NCBI GenBank assembly: GCA_020353515.1
Contig: CP070695.1
Location: forward strand, 3,646,277 to 3,710,276
Origin: Candidatus Heimdallarchaeota archaeon
Lineage (GTDB): Archaea > Asgardarchaeota > Heimdallarchaeia > Hodarchaeales > Hodarchaeaceae
DNA length: 64,000 nt
Direction of reading: 5' to 3'
The position numbers and the translations under genes are program-made. The notes beneath the pieces were generated by a model. That model was given only the letters and a program-made list of their open reading frames with translations. It ran no database searches and had not been told where the DNA came from. This document shows, in pieces, positions 10,694-20,449 of the stretch (within the stretch, counting starts at the first letter, position 1; each line of letters begins with the position of its first letter).

Positions 10694-11362
10694 TCACAGT
10701 ATTTTTTTTATCTTTTCAGCTCTATTATTTAATCCTCGTTTTACAGTTTGTTCCAATAAAGCCTTTAATGGAGGTACTTTTATTCTATGATTGTTCCAAT
10801 TGATAAAACGTAATTGTTTCTCTGCTATATAGCCAAAATCTTTCTGTATCTGCAAGCTTTCATCCTCATATACTCCTCCAATCCATTCTATTCTCATGTG
10901 TAAGAATGCTCTCCCAAACCACTTACAGAACCATCCGCTTGTATCAGTTACTGGCTCATAGACATAGTCTTCTAGGAGTTTCCCTAATTTCAATGCACTT
11001 TTGCTATCTGTGACTAGATCAATATCTCGTGGAATTATTTCAACACCATATAGGGTTAAAGCACAACTTCCTGTTACCCACCAATGGAGTGATTCGGAGT
11101 CTATTATTTTTAAAAAGGCCAATAATGCTTTTTCCCATGGGACGGAAACTTCTTTGACCGTTTGTTTGATCATTTCTTCCGCAATTTCTTTAAATCTCTC
11201 GAAGTATTTTTTTAAATTTAGAATATCTTTAGAAAAGGTCCTTCCAAACCCCTCCTTAAATTCAGGATATTGTAGTTTTCTTAGAGCTGTTCTATAATTC
11301 TCATTAGAAGTATTTATGAGAAATATGACCTTATCCCCTTTCTCTTTCCAAGTAATTTCCAA
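10694..11362 (-). CDS. Nucleotidyltransferase-like protein (aminoglycoside/lincosamide adenylyltransferase-like fold)
   Basis: WWVTGSCAL..G....PRDIDL motif and late IKVPPL motif. Confidence 0.65.
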   Translation of the reverse strand: MEITWKEKGDKVIFLINTSNENYRTALRKLQYPEFKEGFGRTFSKDILNLKKYFERFKEIAEEMIKQTVKEVSVPWEKALLAFLKIIDSESLHWWVTGSCALTLYGVEIIPRDIDLVTDSKSALKLGKLLEDYVYEPVTDTSGWFCKWFGRAFLHMRIEWIGGVYEDESLQIQKDFGYIAEKQLRFINWNNHRIKVPPLKALLEQTVKRGLNNRAEKIKKIL

Positions 11363-11581
11363 AGATACAACAACTCGGGATATTAACTGTTTAGCGGAAT
11401 ATTAATCTTTTATTCTCGAGATACGTTGTTCTCTATAATTCTAGCTTTTACTGTTTTGTGTTCCGACAAAAACTTGATTGTTAGATTTTATTTAAGAATG
11501 ATCCTCTTTAGACACTCGGAAGACTTCTCGAGATAGTTTTTTAATTTTTACATCAATCAGCTTAGCAAGTAGTGACAAAAA

Positions 11582-12010
11582 TTGAGATTTATTCCTGAAT
11601 TTCTTGAGTATAATAAGAAACTCATTGAATTCGAACATTTTCTCGCTTTATCTCGTAATAATAATAGTTATCGAAACTATAATTTTCGTCAACTCAGAAA
11701 GATCTTTTTTCTATGCCATAAAATCAGGGTAAACAAGTACCATGATATCGAGCAAGACTTAGCAGATATTTTGACTCTTATCTTTAAAATGAAACAAAAA
11801 ACACAAGGGAAATATTGTTTATCAAAAGTAAAAAAAAGAATATATGAAAAAGGATTAACCCGCCCTGAATTACAAGATCTTTTCTCTTCTCGTCTTCCTC
11901 TTCTCCAAGATAAGCTTGAGTTCTATCAGCAGAGATTAGAATCATTAGTTGAATTAGAACGAGAAGGGAGTTATCTTGAATATCTACTAAATACTCAAAT
12001 ATATGAATAA
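11582..12010 (+). CDS. Hypothetical protein (basic, helical)
   Basis: 142-aa ORF filling a gap. No recognised motif and a TTG start. Confidence 0.45.
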   Translation: MRFIPEFLEYNKKLIEFEHFLALSRNNNSYRNYNFRQLRKIFFLCHKIRVNKYHDIEQDLADILTLIFKMKQKTQGKYCLSKVKKRIYEKGLTRPELQDLFSSRLPLLQDKLEFYQQRLESLVELEREGSYLEYLLNTQIYE

Positions 12011-12032
12011 ACATTTTTAACTATAAGATCAA

Positions 12033-12881
12033 TTACAGTGGTGGCCCATTCCTCACTATCTGTTGAATATTCTTTAAAGAATCACGACCAGGATATATAC
12101 ATTCAACAATCCATGTCACTCCAGCTTCTATATAGTCGTGTATCCATTGATTTTCCTCTTTTTTGGAGGCTGTGACAACTGTGTGAATCACATCAAAAGG
12201 TTTTGAGGTCTTCCGATGGAGTTTGACATACTGAATAATTTCTTTCATGTCATCTGGCCATAAAGGTTCTTCAAATCCTTCTCTAAGAGGAAATAATCCA
12301 TCAAATTTTGCTGCTCGTCGAAATGGTCGCTTATTTGGCCAAGTACATCCAACCCAGATTGGTATTTCCTTCTGTATTGGTTTGGGAATAAATCTAACCT
12401 CATTTATCTGATAGTATTCCCCTTGGTAAGCGAATGGTTCTCCAGTCCATAAACCTGTTAAGATATCTAGTGATTCATCTAATTTCTTCCCACGAACTTT
12501 AGAATCATCTTCTTCACCAAAATCACTGAATTCATTATCCACCCCTAATCCAACTCCCAATATGAATCTCCCATTAGACAACCGATCCAATGAAACTGTT
12601 TCTCTTGCGATTTTCCAAGGTCTTCTTCTTGCTAAAGCAGTTACAGTTGTTCCAATTCTTAGTTTATCTGTTTTTGTAGCTACCCCAGCCAGGACTATCC
12701 ATGGATCAAGTATTGGATTAGGATTGTCCTTACCTAAATGCATGTGATCCCATATGAAAAACCCATCCCAATTATTCTCTTCTGCTATTATTGATAGCTT
12801 TATATAATCCTGTGGGTCTGTAAAAACTCCATGATTGGCAATATACACCCCAAACTTCGTATCAATACCCATTCTAACCAC
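12033..12881 (-). CDS. LLM-class flavin/F420-dependent oxidoreductase (paralogue of 4385-5236)
   Basis: WDGFFIWDH, DPWIVLAGVA, ARRRPWK and LDRLSNGRFILGVGLG. Confidence 0.88.
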   Translation of the reverse strand: MVRMGIDTKFGVYIANHGVFTDPQDYIKLSIIAEENNWDGFFIWDHMHLGKDNPNPILDPWIVLAGVATKTDKLRIGTTVTALARRRPWKIARETVSLDRLSNGRFILGVGLGVDNEFSDFGEEDDSKVRGKKLDESLDILTGLWTGEPFAYQGEYYQINEVRFIPKPIQKEIPIWVGCTWPNKRPFRRAAKFDGLFPLREGFEEPLWPDDMKEIIQYVKLHRKTSKPFDVIHTVVTASKKEENQWIHDYIEAGVTWIVECIYPGRDSLKNIQQIVRNGPPL

Positions 12882-13090
12882 CTACTTCTTATACAACAGA
12901 AAATCAAGAGTATTTTTATTTCATGAGAGTTATAAGAAAGATTCGATTTAGGGAATTCTTTAATCTAATAGAATATGTTTAGGAGGATTGTTCCAAATTA
13001 AAAATTTTTTTGATATCCTGGCATGTTGTTGAGATAGCTAATAGTCTTCTGAGACTTCAATTCCTCTAAAAAGCATGGAAGCTCTTTTAA

Positions 13091-13422
13091 TTATTGTTTC
13101 TTTCGTTTTTTATTCAGGCGAGAAACTACTAGGATTAGGACTGCGCTTGGAATCACAAATGCTAGTTCTAAGCTAGGAGTAATGCCTGGTACATCAACGC
13201 TATCGCTAACAGTAATGTTATCAAAAGACGAGTCACCAGTCCAAGAGCCAAAAATGCACATTTCTGAAGATGTTGTTTGATTATCCGTAACAGAGTCAAT
13301 TTCTCAGAATGTCCTGAATCAAAGTTTTCTGACCAAACTAAAACAGCCTGGCATGGATATACTGAATTAAAACTCAAAATTACAATGACATAAATCCCTA
13401 ACAAAAATCGCTTATTCCTCAT
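13091..13422 (-). pseudogene. Frame-disrupted, probably internally deleted, secreted membrane-anchored protein
   Basis: Frame A (ATG 13422) gives a signal peptide plus VWSENFDSG. Frame B (13303 to stop at 13091, no start of its own) gives EIDSVTDNQTTSSEMCIFGSWTGDSSFDNITVSDSVDVPGITPSLELAFVIPSAVLILVVSRLNKKRKKQ*, a typical TM plus basic tail. Confidence 0.7.
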
Positions 13423-13690
13423 TTCACTTACCACTTAACATTTAATCAGAAGTGAATTACGAACTCAAAACGCCTTTTATGTGCATTTTTCTAATGAAGT
13501 TTTCTATCAAAAATTAGATTCTAAGAGAGAAAGATGACACACTAACGATAAAAAGCTAGAACTAGGTATCATTTTTATAGGTTATAGAGAACTTCAGAAA
13601 TTACAGGCAAAAAACTGGAAACTTGATACAGATGGAGTAGTATAATACTAGAATTACTCCCTTTTTCAGTAGATTGTCAATTATTATGAT

Positions 13691-16159
13691 TTAATTTCTT
13701 ACTAGAATCAATTTTGAAGGTTTATTCCAAATCGATAATCTTAATTTTTGATCTAGGATCTTCTTGAGCTTTATTTTTCGGGGGATATTTGGAATAAGAT
13801 GAAAATAGTTGTCATTGGGTTCAAGTTCATCAGGAAGATGTACTAAAAATGCAAATTCGTTTGATATAAGAGTCAAATTCTGACCATCAAACCTCGCACC
13901 GATACTTGGATCTGGAAAATTTATATTAATTGGATCACACGGTAATACAATATTCTCTGCAATAACGTTATTATTCGCGAATCCTGTCCATAAAAACTCA
14001 TCATTTTTTATACTTAGCGACCCTAAAGAAATTTCTGTCTTGCAATTTGAGCTAATTGATATTTCACGATCTTCCTCATGTATAATTTTTCCATTAAACT
14101 TAAAAATTTTGATTCTCAAAGTTCCTCTAGTAGATTTTAAGGTATCATTAACTAAGACAAGATTGTTTTCATCTGGGTCTTTCACAATAATGAGTGATTT
14201 ATAAGATCTTTTTAACATCCAATATGCTATTTTAGGATTGTTATAATAATCTATTAAGGACCAGCAGATTGTTGGCCATGGTTCATTAAACTGCCATATT
14301 AATGCTCCCCCTGTATCAAATTTCCTAGCACGCCACGTTTCTACAGCATATTTCATACCGAAAGCTTGAGCTGCTTGTGTAAAAAGAATCCAATCATCAA
14401 TATTCTTTGGTTCTCCCATCTTTTTCATATTAACCTGAATTTTGTGTATATCGCAATTATGGAATTCCCATATCTCATTTGGTTCAGATTGACTCTGTAC
14501 ACTAAAAATCTTGTTTATGGTCTGTTTAGAGGGAAAACTTTGAATCCCAAATTCTGTAATGAACTTTGCTTTGTTATTTGCATACTCTTCATATTCTGGA
14601 GGTTCAAAATTTGGTTGACCTACGCCGTGCCAAACACACCAATCATGATTATTCCCCTCATCCTTTAAATTTGGGTCGACATCATAAGAGGTTTCTGCTG
14701 AAGGACTCCATGGACTTGACCGCCAATAAGGTCTAGAAGGATCAAACTGAGAACATAAATACTGTTTTATTTGATGAAGATTTTCTCCAATCTTGTTTTC
14801 TTCTCTAAAACTCGGTGTTAAATGCTGAAAATCTATCCATTCGTTCTCATTATTCCCACACCAGAGTACGATCGAAGGATGGTTTCTTAATCGCTTTATA
14901 ATGGATGAAATTTCATCCTCTACAATAGAAAGAAATTTCCTGTGTTCAGGATAAATACTACAAGCAAATTGGAAATCATGCCATATCATTAAACCGAATT
15001 CATCACAAATATCATAGAAGTTATCTTTTTCAACAACCCCCCCACCCCAGATCCTAATCATATTGAAGTTAGCCTCTTTAGCGAGAGTTAAAAGTCTTCT
15101 ATAGTTTTCTTCAGACCCGTAATTTGTTAATGAATCGGTAGGAACCCAATTAGCTCCCTTAGCAAAAACTTTCTGGCCATTAATCTCAAAAATGAATTTA
15201 TTTTCTCCATCTTCTAATATAAGTTTGATTGTTCTTATTCCGAATTTTCTTTTAATCATTGATCCAGTGACTTTTTCAGAGAGGATCAATTGATATTCTT
15301 TTTGACTACCTAAACCGTTTGGCCACCATAACTGATAGTTTTTCATTTCAATTAATCTGTTCAATTTATTCGGCCCAAGATTAAGGTCTAGGGAAATTAG
15401 CTCTAAAAATTTCGGTTTCTTGCCATTCAAATCAGAAATTTCCAATATAAATTCCGTAGGCCCCTCAATTTCGCTATTCATGGTAACAGAAAGGGAGAGC
15501 TCTGCGAAATCATCAGAAAGCGATTTTGTCCATATATATAAATCAGAATAGGATATCTTTTCCTCAGTGAAGAGTTTTACCTCTCCTATACCGACCAAGA
15601 GCGATCGGGGTGCAAAATCCCATCCATAATTATATGCTGGTCGTCGTACAAATACTCGATCTTGTTGTTTCATAACTGGTAGTTCGATATCTTCATCCAC
15701 AAAACTCATGGGCGGAGAAATTATAATAATAAGGGTGTTAGACGGTTTAAGAAGGTCATTTGGTAAAGCAATTTTATATTGGATGAATGCACTATAAGTA
15801 TTACTTATCTCAATCCCATTAAGAAAGATTTGTGCCATAGTATCAATATACCCAAACCAGAGGAAATAATCATCATTCAGATTTTTTAAAGAAAAATCTG
15901 TTATTAAAAGTAAGCAATAGTCTTCCAAATGATCCAGTTTTTTCATATTATCTTCAAAATAGGGATTGAGTTTCTTAGCTTCAACAAAGTTTGATTGAAG
16001 GGAACCTGGAGTTTTAAAAGGTTGTAAATCTTCCTTCATCGAATTAATTGTCAAATTTCTTTCGATTTTATTGACAAATGTCTCTTTTTCGTCCATTTTG
16101 AATATTCTAAAAAACCAATTATCTAACAATTTCTCATTCTTCACCTGAGTCTTCTCCAA
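13691..16159 (-). CDS. GH2 beta-mannosidase
   Basis: YNYGWDFAP, LWWPNGLG, FAKGANWVP, NMIRIWGGG, WHDFQFAC, LRNHPSIVLWCGNNE, ITEFG and WQFNEPWP. Confidence 0.92.
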   Translation of the reverse strand: MEKTQVKNEKLLDNWFFRIFKMDEKETFVNKIERNLTINSMKEDLQPFKTPGSLQSNFVEAKKLNPYFEDNMKKLDHLEDYCLLLITDFSLKNLNDDYFLWFGYIDTMAQIFLNGIEISNTYSAFIQYKIALPNDLLKPSNTLIIIISPPMSFVDEDIELPVMKQQDRVFVRRPAYNYGWDFAPRSLLVGIGEVKLFTEEKISYSDLYIWTKSLSDDFAELSLSVTMNSEIEGPTEFILEISDLNGKKPKFLELISLDLNLGPNKLNRLIEMKNYQLWWPNGLGSQKEYQLILSEKVTGSMIKRKFGIRTIKLILEDGENKFIFEINGQKVFAKGANWVPTDSLTNYGSEENYRRLLTLAKEANFNMIRIWGGGVVEKDNFYDICDEFGLMIWHDFQFACSIYPEHRKFLSIVEDEISSIIKRLRNHPSIVLWCGNNENEWIDFQHLTPSFREENKIGENLHQIKQYLCSQFDPSRPYWRSSPWSPSAETSYDVDPNLKDEGNNHDWCVWHGVGQPNFEPPEYEEYANNKAKFITEFGIQSFPSKQTINKIFSVQSQSEPNEIWEFHNCDIHKIQVNMKKMGEPKNIDDWILFTQAAQAFGMKYAVETWRARKFDTGGALIWQFNEPWPTICWSLIDYYNNPKIAYWMLKRSYKSLIIVKDPDENNLVLVNDTLKSTRGTLRIKIFKFNGKIIHEEDREISISSNCKTEISLGSLSIKNDEFLWTGFANNNVIAENIVLPCDPININFPDPSIGARFDGQNLTLISNEFAFLVHLPDELEPNDNYFHLIPNIPRKIKLKKILDQKLRLSIWNKPSKLILVRN

Positions 16160-16193
16160 TGTTTTTGAAACATTTTTATTTTTGTTATCTCAT

Positions 16194-16691
16194 TTACTCC
16201 AACATTTCTAAAGGCCATGTTCCTTGAGCGACTCGGTTTTTAATAATTTGCCCCATATGGTAGGAATTATGCTGATTTAATATACAGTACATCTTCAAGG
16301 TTGGTTTGTTCCTAAAGGTTTTCATAGGTGCTTTTAAATCGATTGTCTCAAGAAGAATATCTGCTTCATAAAAATCACGCTTAAAATCATCTACTAACTG
16401 TTCCCACGTTTTTTTAGATAGATGTTCCTTTGCATTTTTAGTTAATTGTTCATTGGCAATTTTATTAGCTTCCCCCCAATCAGCTGGTTCATCTCTAATA
16501 TTCTTCAAGAAAATATCTTGCCAGACAAACATGTGATAAAGAATTTCATAGGTAGAGAGGGAATTAGTAATAGGTTTCTCAATAGCCTGCTCATGGGATA
16601 GACCCTCTAAAGCTTCTAAAACGCTTGAGTGAGTAAAATCACCAACCATTGCTTCTTTAACTATTTTATTAAAAACATCCATATCTATCAT
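16194..16691 (-). CDS. DinB family protein
   Basis: ALEGLS..QA, STYEILYHM..WQ and HNSYHMGQI. Confidence 0.82.
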   Translation of the reverse strand: MIDMDVFNKIVKEAMVGDFTHSSVLEALEGLSHEQAIEKPITNSLSTYEILYHMFVWQDIFLKNIRDEPADWGEANKIANEQLTKNAKEHLSKKTWEQLVDDFKRDFYEADILLETIDLKAPMKTFRNKPTLKMYCILNQHNSYHMGQIIKNRVAQGTWPLEMLE

Positions 16692-16734
16692 CTGCGTACA
16701 TATTCAACTGTTTTCAAGAAACAAATTAATAACC

Positions 16735-17538
16735 TTAAACAATATTACGACTCACTTTTTTTAGAACATTAGTAAATATCTTGGGAAATAATTCACGTGT
16801 ATCAGTTTTCTGGACAATTGATCCTAAATTCCGCCATACTAGATGTCGAACTTGTTTAATATTCAGTTTTAGTTGTTGTCCAACCAAATGCTCCACCCAT
16901 TCAATCCGACATGGGATAGCTGAAGGTGGATCACGATAACCATGATCACTTTCGATCAATATGCGTTCAGGAGGAACCCGAGTACGAAATTTCGAGTGTC
17001 TAGCGACTGCAGAATGTATAGAAAAGTAACATCCAAGAGTAACGGCCTCTTGAGTTAGATCTGCGGAACCAGTCCACCAATGAAGTACAGGAATAGCATT
17101 ATTTAGGTTTTTTTGACGCAATTCCTTAATTACTAGCTCGGTTGCACGATAGCTATGGATACTGATTAAACGTGGGATTTCAGTAACAATTTCTAATATT
17201 TGTCTGAAATTCTGACGTTGTAGTTCTAGTGGAACACGTGAATTTGTATCCAATCCAACTTCTCCAACAATTGCAGATCTTTCTACTAAGTCATAAAAAT
17301 GCTCTTTATCAAATGCTTGTTGTGCCTCAAGATTACGTGGATAGCATCCTACACCCCAAGTGATATGTGGTTCATTTCGATCAACAACGAGAGTAGATTC
17401 AGCAAGAGAAAGGGTCATCGCAAGAACTGCACCAGTATCTACCAGCTCACTAGCAGATAGGGTTGGTTCGAAGTGAGCATGACAATCGAGGGAGGGAAGT
17501 TTTTCATTTGATTTTTCCTCAGATGGCAAAACTACCAC
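16735..17538 (-). CDS. TatD family nuclease/hydrolase
   Basis: DCHAH, VGEVGLD, SIHS, VLHW, GCYFSI and ERILIESD. Confidence 0.85.
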   Translation of the reverse strand: MVVLPSEEKSNEKLPSLDCHAHFEPTLSASELVDTGAVLAMTLSLAESTLVVDRNEPHITWGVGCYPRNLEAQQAFDKEHFYDLVERSAIVGEVGLDTNSRVPLELQRQNFRQILEIVTEIPRLISIHSYRATELVIKELRQKNLNNAIPVLHWWTGSADLTQEAVTLGCYFSIHSAVARHSKFRTRVPPERILIESDHGYRDPPSAIPCRIEWVEHLVGQQLKLNIKQVRHLVWRNLGSIVQKTDTRELFPKIFTNVLKKVSRNIV

Positions 17539-17666
17539 TCCTTAGTAGGGATTTAGGGATGATATTGGATTGTGGTTTACTTGTTGAATTTAAAAATAAA
17601 AATTTCTCCCTAGGAAAAGTAGCCTTACTTGGAAGATGTTAAGTGGAAGCCAGAAAGATAAGATTT

Positions 17667-18263
17667 TTACCTCTTTTTCTTGGTTAACTCAACTCCCTCT
17701 TTAAGAGCAGCTTCAGTAAGGATACTTTTGAGGATTTTTGCTTTAGTTTTGATATTATTTGATTCGATGTTGGTAATTTTTCGGGTTGCTTCGCCCAATG
17801 AATTCTCCAAACTTGTTAAATCAAGTAGGGCTGCCGCTTTACAGAAAAAACTTTTTGATCTTCCATCATTAAAATTATCTAGCATTGTTTCAAGGAATCT
17901 AATTCGTTTTTCCTGTTGCTCTATGAATTTCTTTATTCCATGTTCTTGTATAAAATTCAAGTTTGACATAATTTTTTGGTCTGGTGGAAAAGAAGAAGAT
18001 AGTTCCATTTGCTGATATTCTTCATCACTTTTGAATTTCGAACAGGGAAATTCAGAACATTCAGCACAAACTTCGAGATTTTTTTTCTTGACACAACATG
18101 TTACAAAGGAACATGATGGATGTTTGTTTAAGAAGTCAGAACCACAGCATCCAGGACATTTTGAAGGTCCCATTGAATAGTATCTTGGGCATAAACCACA
18201 ATCAAGTCCACATACGCCAATAGTTGGATAGATTTTTGTGAGTTTATTCATTTTATTCCCCAT
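17667..18263 (-). CDS. DUF3795 cysteine-rich protein
   Basis: CGLDCGLCP..CPGC..CSFVTCC..CAECSEFPC; C-terminal NDGRSKSFFC. Confidence 0.82.
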   Translation of the reverse strand: MGNKMNKLTKIYPTIGVCGLDCGLCPRYYSMGPSKCPGCCGSDFLNKHPSCSFVTCCVKKKNLEVCAECSEFPCSKFKSDEEYQQMELSSSFPPDQKIMSNLNFIQEHGIKKFIEQQEKRIRFLETMLDNFNDGRSKSFFCKAAALLDLTSLENSLGEATRKITNIESNNIKTKAKILKSILTEAALKEGVELTKKKR

Positions 18264-18302
18264 ATTGAAACTCTATCAGCATAATATTCCATACTGCCCC
18301 TT

Positions 18303-18911
18303 TTATGGTTTTCTGCTTAACCATTTTAGACTTTTTTGAATAATTTTTCTATAATGAGCATTTTGAAATGTTTCTATAGTATGTCCTGGAGAAATTCCCA
18401 CGTTTTTTCCTTTCCCATAAGTTTTGGACCAAATAATTGGTTCGATTACCGATCTTCCTTTGTATTGATAATGAATCTTTATTTCGGGGTGATATTCTTG
18501 CCTAAATAACTCATCTTTAATTTCAAATTCATTAATATCCTTTGAAAATATTTCTGATGTAGCTATACGATGAATCTTATACTTTTGTATTGAATCATGT
18601 CGAATAAACCTAGCTCCGAGTATATCCAATGAGGAAGGTTGATTACGAAAAGAATTAGTTGAAGCATGGAGTGAGAGTAAGCTTCCCCCATTTTTAACAA
18701 AATCTTTTAACTTATTATAATGATTATTCTTAATTTTACGAATATTCACGTATATTATAACAATGGAGTACTTTAAATTATTTAGATGGTTGAAATCTTT
18801 AACAGAATGAAAAATATCAAATTGATACGAATCCTTTATAGTTTTAGCTGACACTAATGTGTTGATATGTTCAGAATAACTACGATTTACGAGAATGAAA
18901 ACCGAAATCAT
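18303..18911 (-). CDS. ThuA-like domain protein (class I GATase-like fold)
   Basis: FVKNGGSLLSLH, LGARFIRH, FEIKDE, W.KTYGKG..SPGH and terminal LKW. Confidence 0.78.
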   Translation of the reverse strand: MISVFILVNRSYSEHINTLVSAKTIKDSYQFDIFHSVKDFNHLNNLKYSIVIIYVNIRKIKNNHYNKLKDFVKNGGSLLSLHASTNSFRNQPSSLDILGARFIRHDSIQKYKIHRIATSEIFSKDINEFEIKDELFRQEYHPEIKIHYQYKGRSVIEPIIWSKTYGKGKNVGISPGHTIETFQNAHYRKIIQKSLKWLSRKP

Positions 18912-18988
18912 TGTTAACTCACTCAGTAATTTGGCATTGTGCGGTGGTTAAATGATATTTATTTACGGCCAGATAGGCAGGTTTAGCT

Positions 18989-20152
18989 TCAAACAAGATT
19001 TTTGATTGCTATTTCAATTTGAGTAACAGCTTCTTCATCATTTTTTCTACATGTTTCTATAGCAGGTACAAATGCAGCTCTTACTTTGGGATCTCCCATT
19101 ACTTTCACTTGCTTTTCTTCATTATCCCATATTTGGCCTACAATCTGCCACCATTTTTCCATTTGATTACTTGTATCTTGGAAAAGCCTTGCTGCTTCAT
19201 TTAACTCTTTTTCTACATTCTTAAAATCCTTATGTAAAGCAACATCTTTAAGAAAGGAAGCACCACCCCCTCTCTCGTAGATCATTGTCATTGCGTCGTA
19301 ATGGACCATCTTTCTTTCAGCTAAGACTGTCATATTATCAGTAGGAAATTCTGCATCAGTCTGCAGTTTTTCTATATACGCATCGTATGCCCTAATTCCA
19401 GTATAGAATTCATTTATCATTGGTGTTTTAATTATATCAACAATCCATTCTAGTGTCTTTCGATATACATCCGATTTGTTAACCTCGGTTTTTTCCCCAA
19501 TAGTGACGATTCCAGTGGTTTTTCTATACCAATCATCCTGTCGAAAATATCCTGAAGCCTCTATCCCTGTGGGAGGATACATTTCCTCCTCTTGCTCATT
19601 GATATTATGTGTTGGATCAAGATGATTCTGAAAAAGACTCCATCCAATGAGAGTCTCCCCATGGTTATCATATCCCGTAATTATTGATGCCTCGGGAGGA
19701 CCTACGACACCAAATCCAATGACTGGAATATTATTGTTAATACTTTCAATGATTTCACGTTTTATGACATTTTTCCCCACACGATGGTCTTTCATATATT
19801 CTTCATCAAGAGTTATATGCCAAGAATGGTCTTGATTTAGAAATATCTCCATCGAACGTCCTACAGATTCAAATGCCCTATTAAAGGGCTTAAGGGGATT
19901 TTTATTCATAAAAACGATGTCTACATTCCCTCCTTCCCATCTTTTTGAGTGCCAAACCAATCTGAAGGCTCCACCTGAAGTGCTCAGAATATAATGATAT
20001 GGGTATTTCTGACCCAAATAGGTCAAGCAGGCTTTTAAACACGAGGGAAAAGGTGTATGTTCCCATTTCCCGTCATGAATTGGTGCAAATGCGACTTTAG
20101 GGACCCCTTTTAAAACTTTACGTTTTGAACCACTATTTTTCTCGATACTCAT
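18989..20152 (-). CDS. Hypothetical protein, BtrH/papain-like fold candidate
   Basis: TPFPSCL..Y.YILSTSGGAFRLVW, IIESINNNIPVI.FGVVGPPEASIITGYD and IGWS. ATG at 20152 preferred over 20260. Confidence 0.6.
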   Translation of the reverse strand: MSIEKNSGSKRKVLKGVPKVAFAPIHDGKWEHTPFPSCLKACLTYLGQKYPYHYILSTSGGAFRLVWHSKRWEGGNVDIVFMNKNPLKPFNRAFESVGRSMEIFLNQDHSWHITLDEEYMKDHRVGKNVIKREIIESINNNIPVIGFGVVGPPEASIITGYDNHGETLIGWSLFQNHLDPTHNINEQEEEMYPPTGIEASGYFRQDDWYRKTTGIVTIGEKTEVNKSDVYRKTLEWIVDIIKTPMINEFYTGIRAYDAYIEKLQTDAEFPTDNMTVLAERKMVHYDAMTMIYERGGGASFLKDVALHKDFKNVEKELNEAARLFQDTSNQMEKWWQIVGQIWDNEEKQVKVMGDPKVRAAFVPAIETCRKNDEEAVTQIEIAIKNLV

Positions 20153-20338
20153 GTTTTTATGACTCCAGAACTGTGTAAATTTATCAGATGAAAGATTAGT
20201 TGTTATATAAGTCAATGATTGTTCTTCAAATTGTGATGAAAAATAAAGGTTATGTCTCAATATTTGGTTTTTGACATTCAGGTAAAAATGATCAAAGAAA
20301 AAAGAGGATTGAATGTCTTGTTATTATTGAGTGTCCGA

Positions 20339-20379
20339 AGACATTGGGTATAACTAGTTTTTTATATAACCAAATGTCT
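20339..20379. promoter_or_regulatory. Imperfect inverted repeat (operator or terminator-like)
   Basis: AGACATTGGGTATA ... TATAACCAAATGTCT between the serine hydrolase stop and the BtrH-like gene start. Confidence 0.3.
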
Positions 20380-20449
20380 AAATTGAAAGTCCTGATGTAG
20401 ATAAATGGTTAACTATCATATTTAGAGTGACAAAATACTAGGTTTGAAA

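Noticed and set aside
11400-11580. Short GTGT(T)CCGA / GACACTCGGAAGAC words resembling GTGTCCGAAGAC at 20331, as possible MITE ends
   Set aside because: The matches are short and inconsistent, with no clean terminal inverted repeat or target-site duplication.
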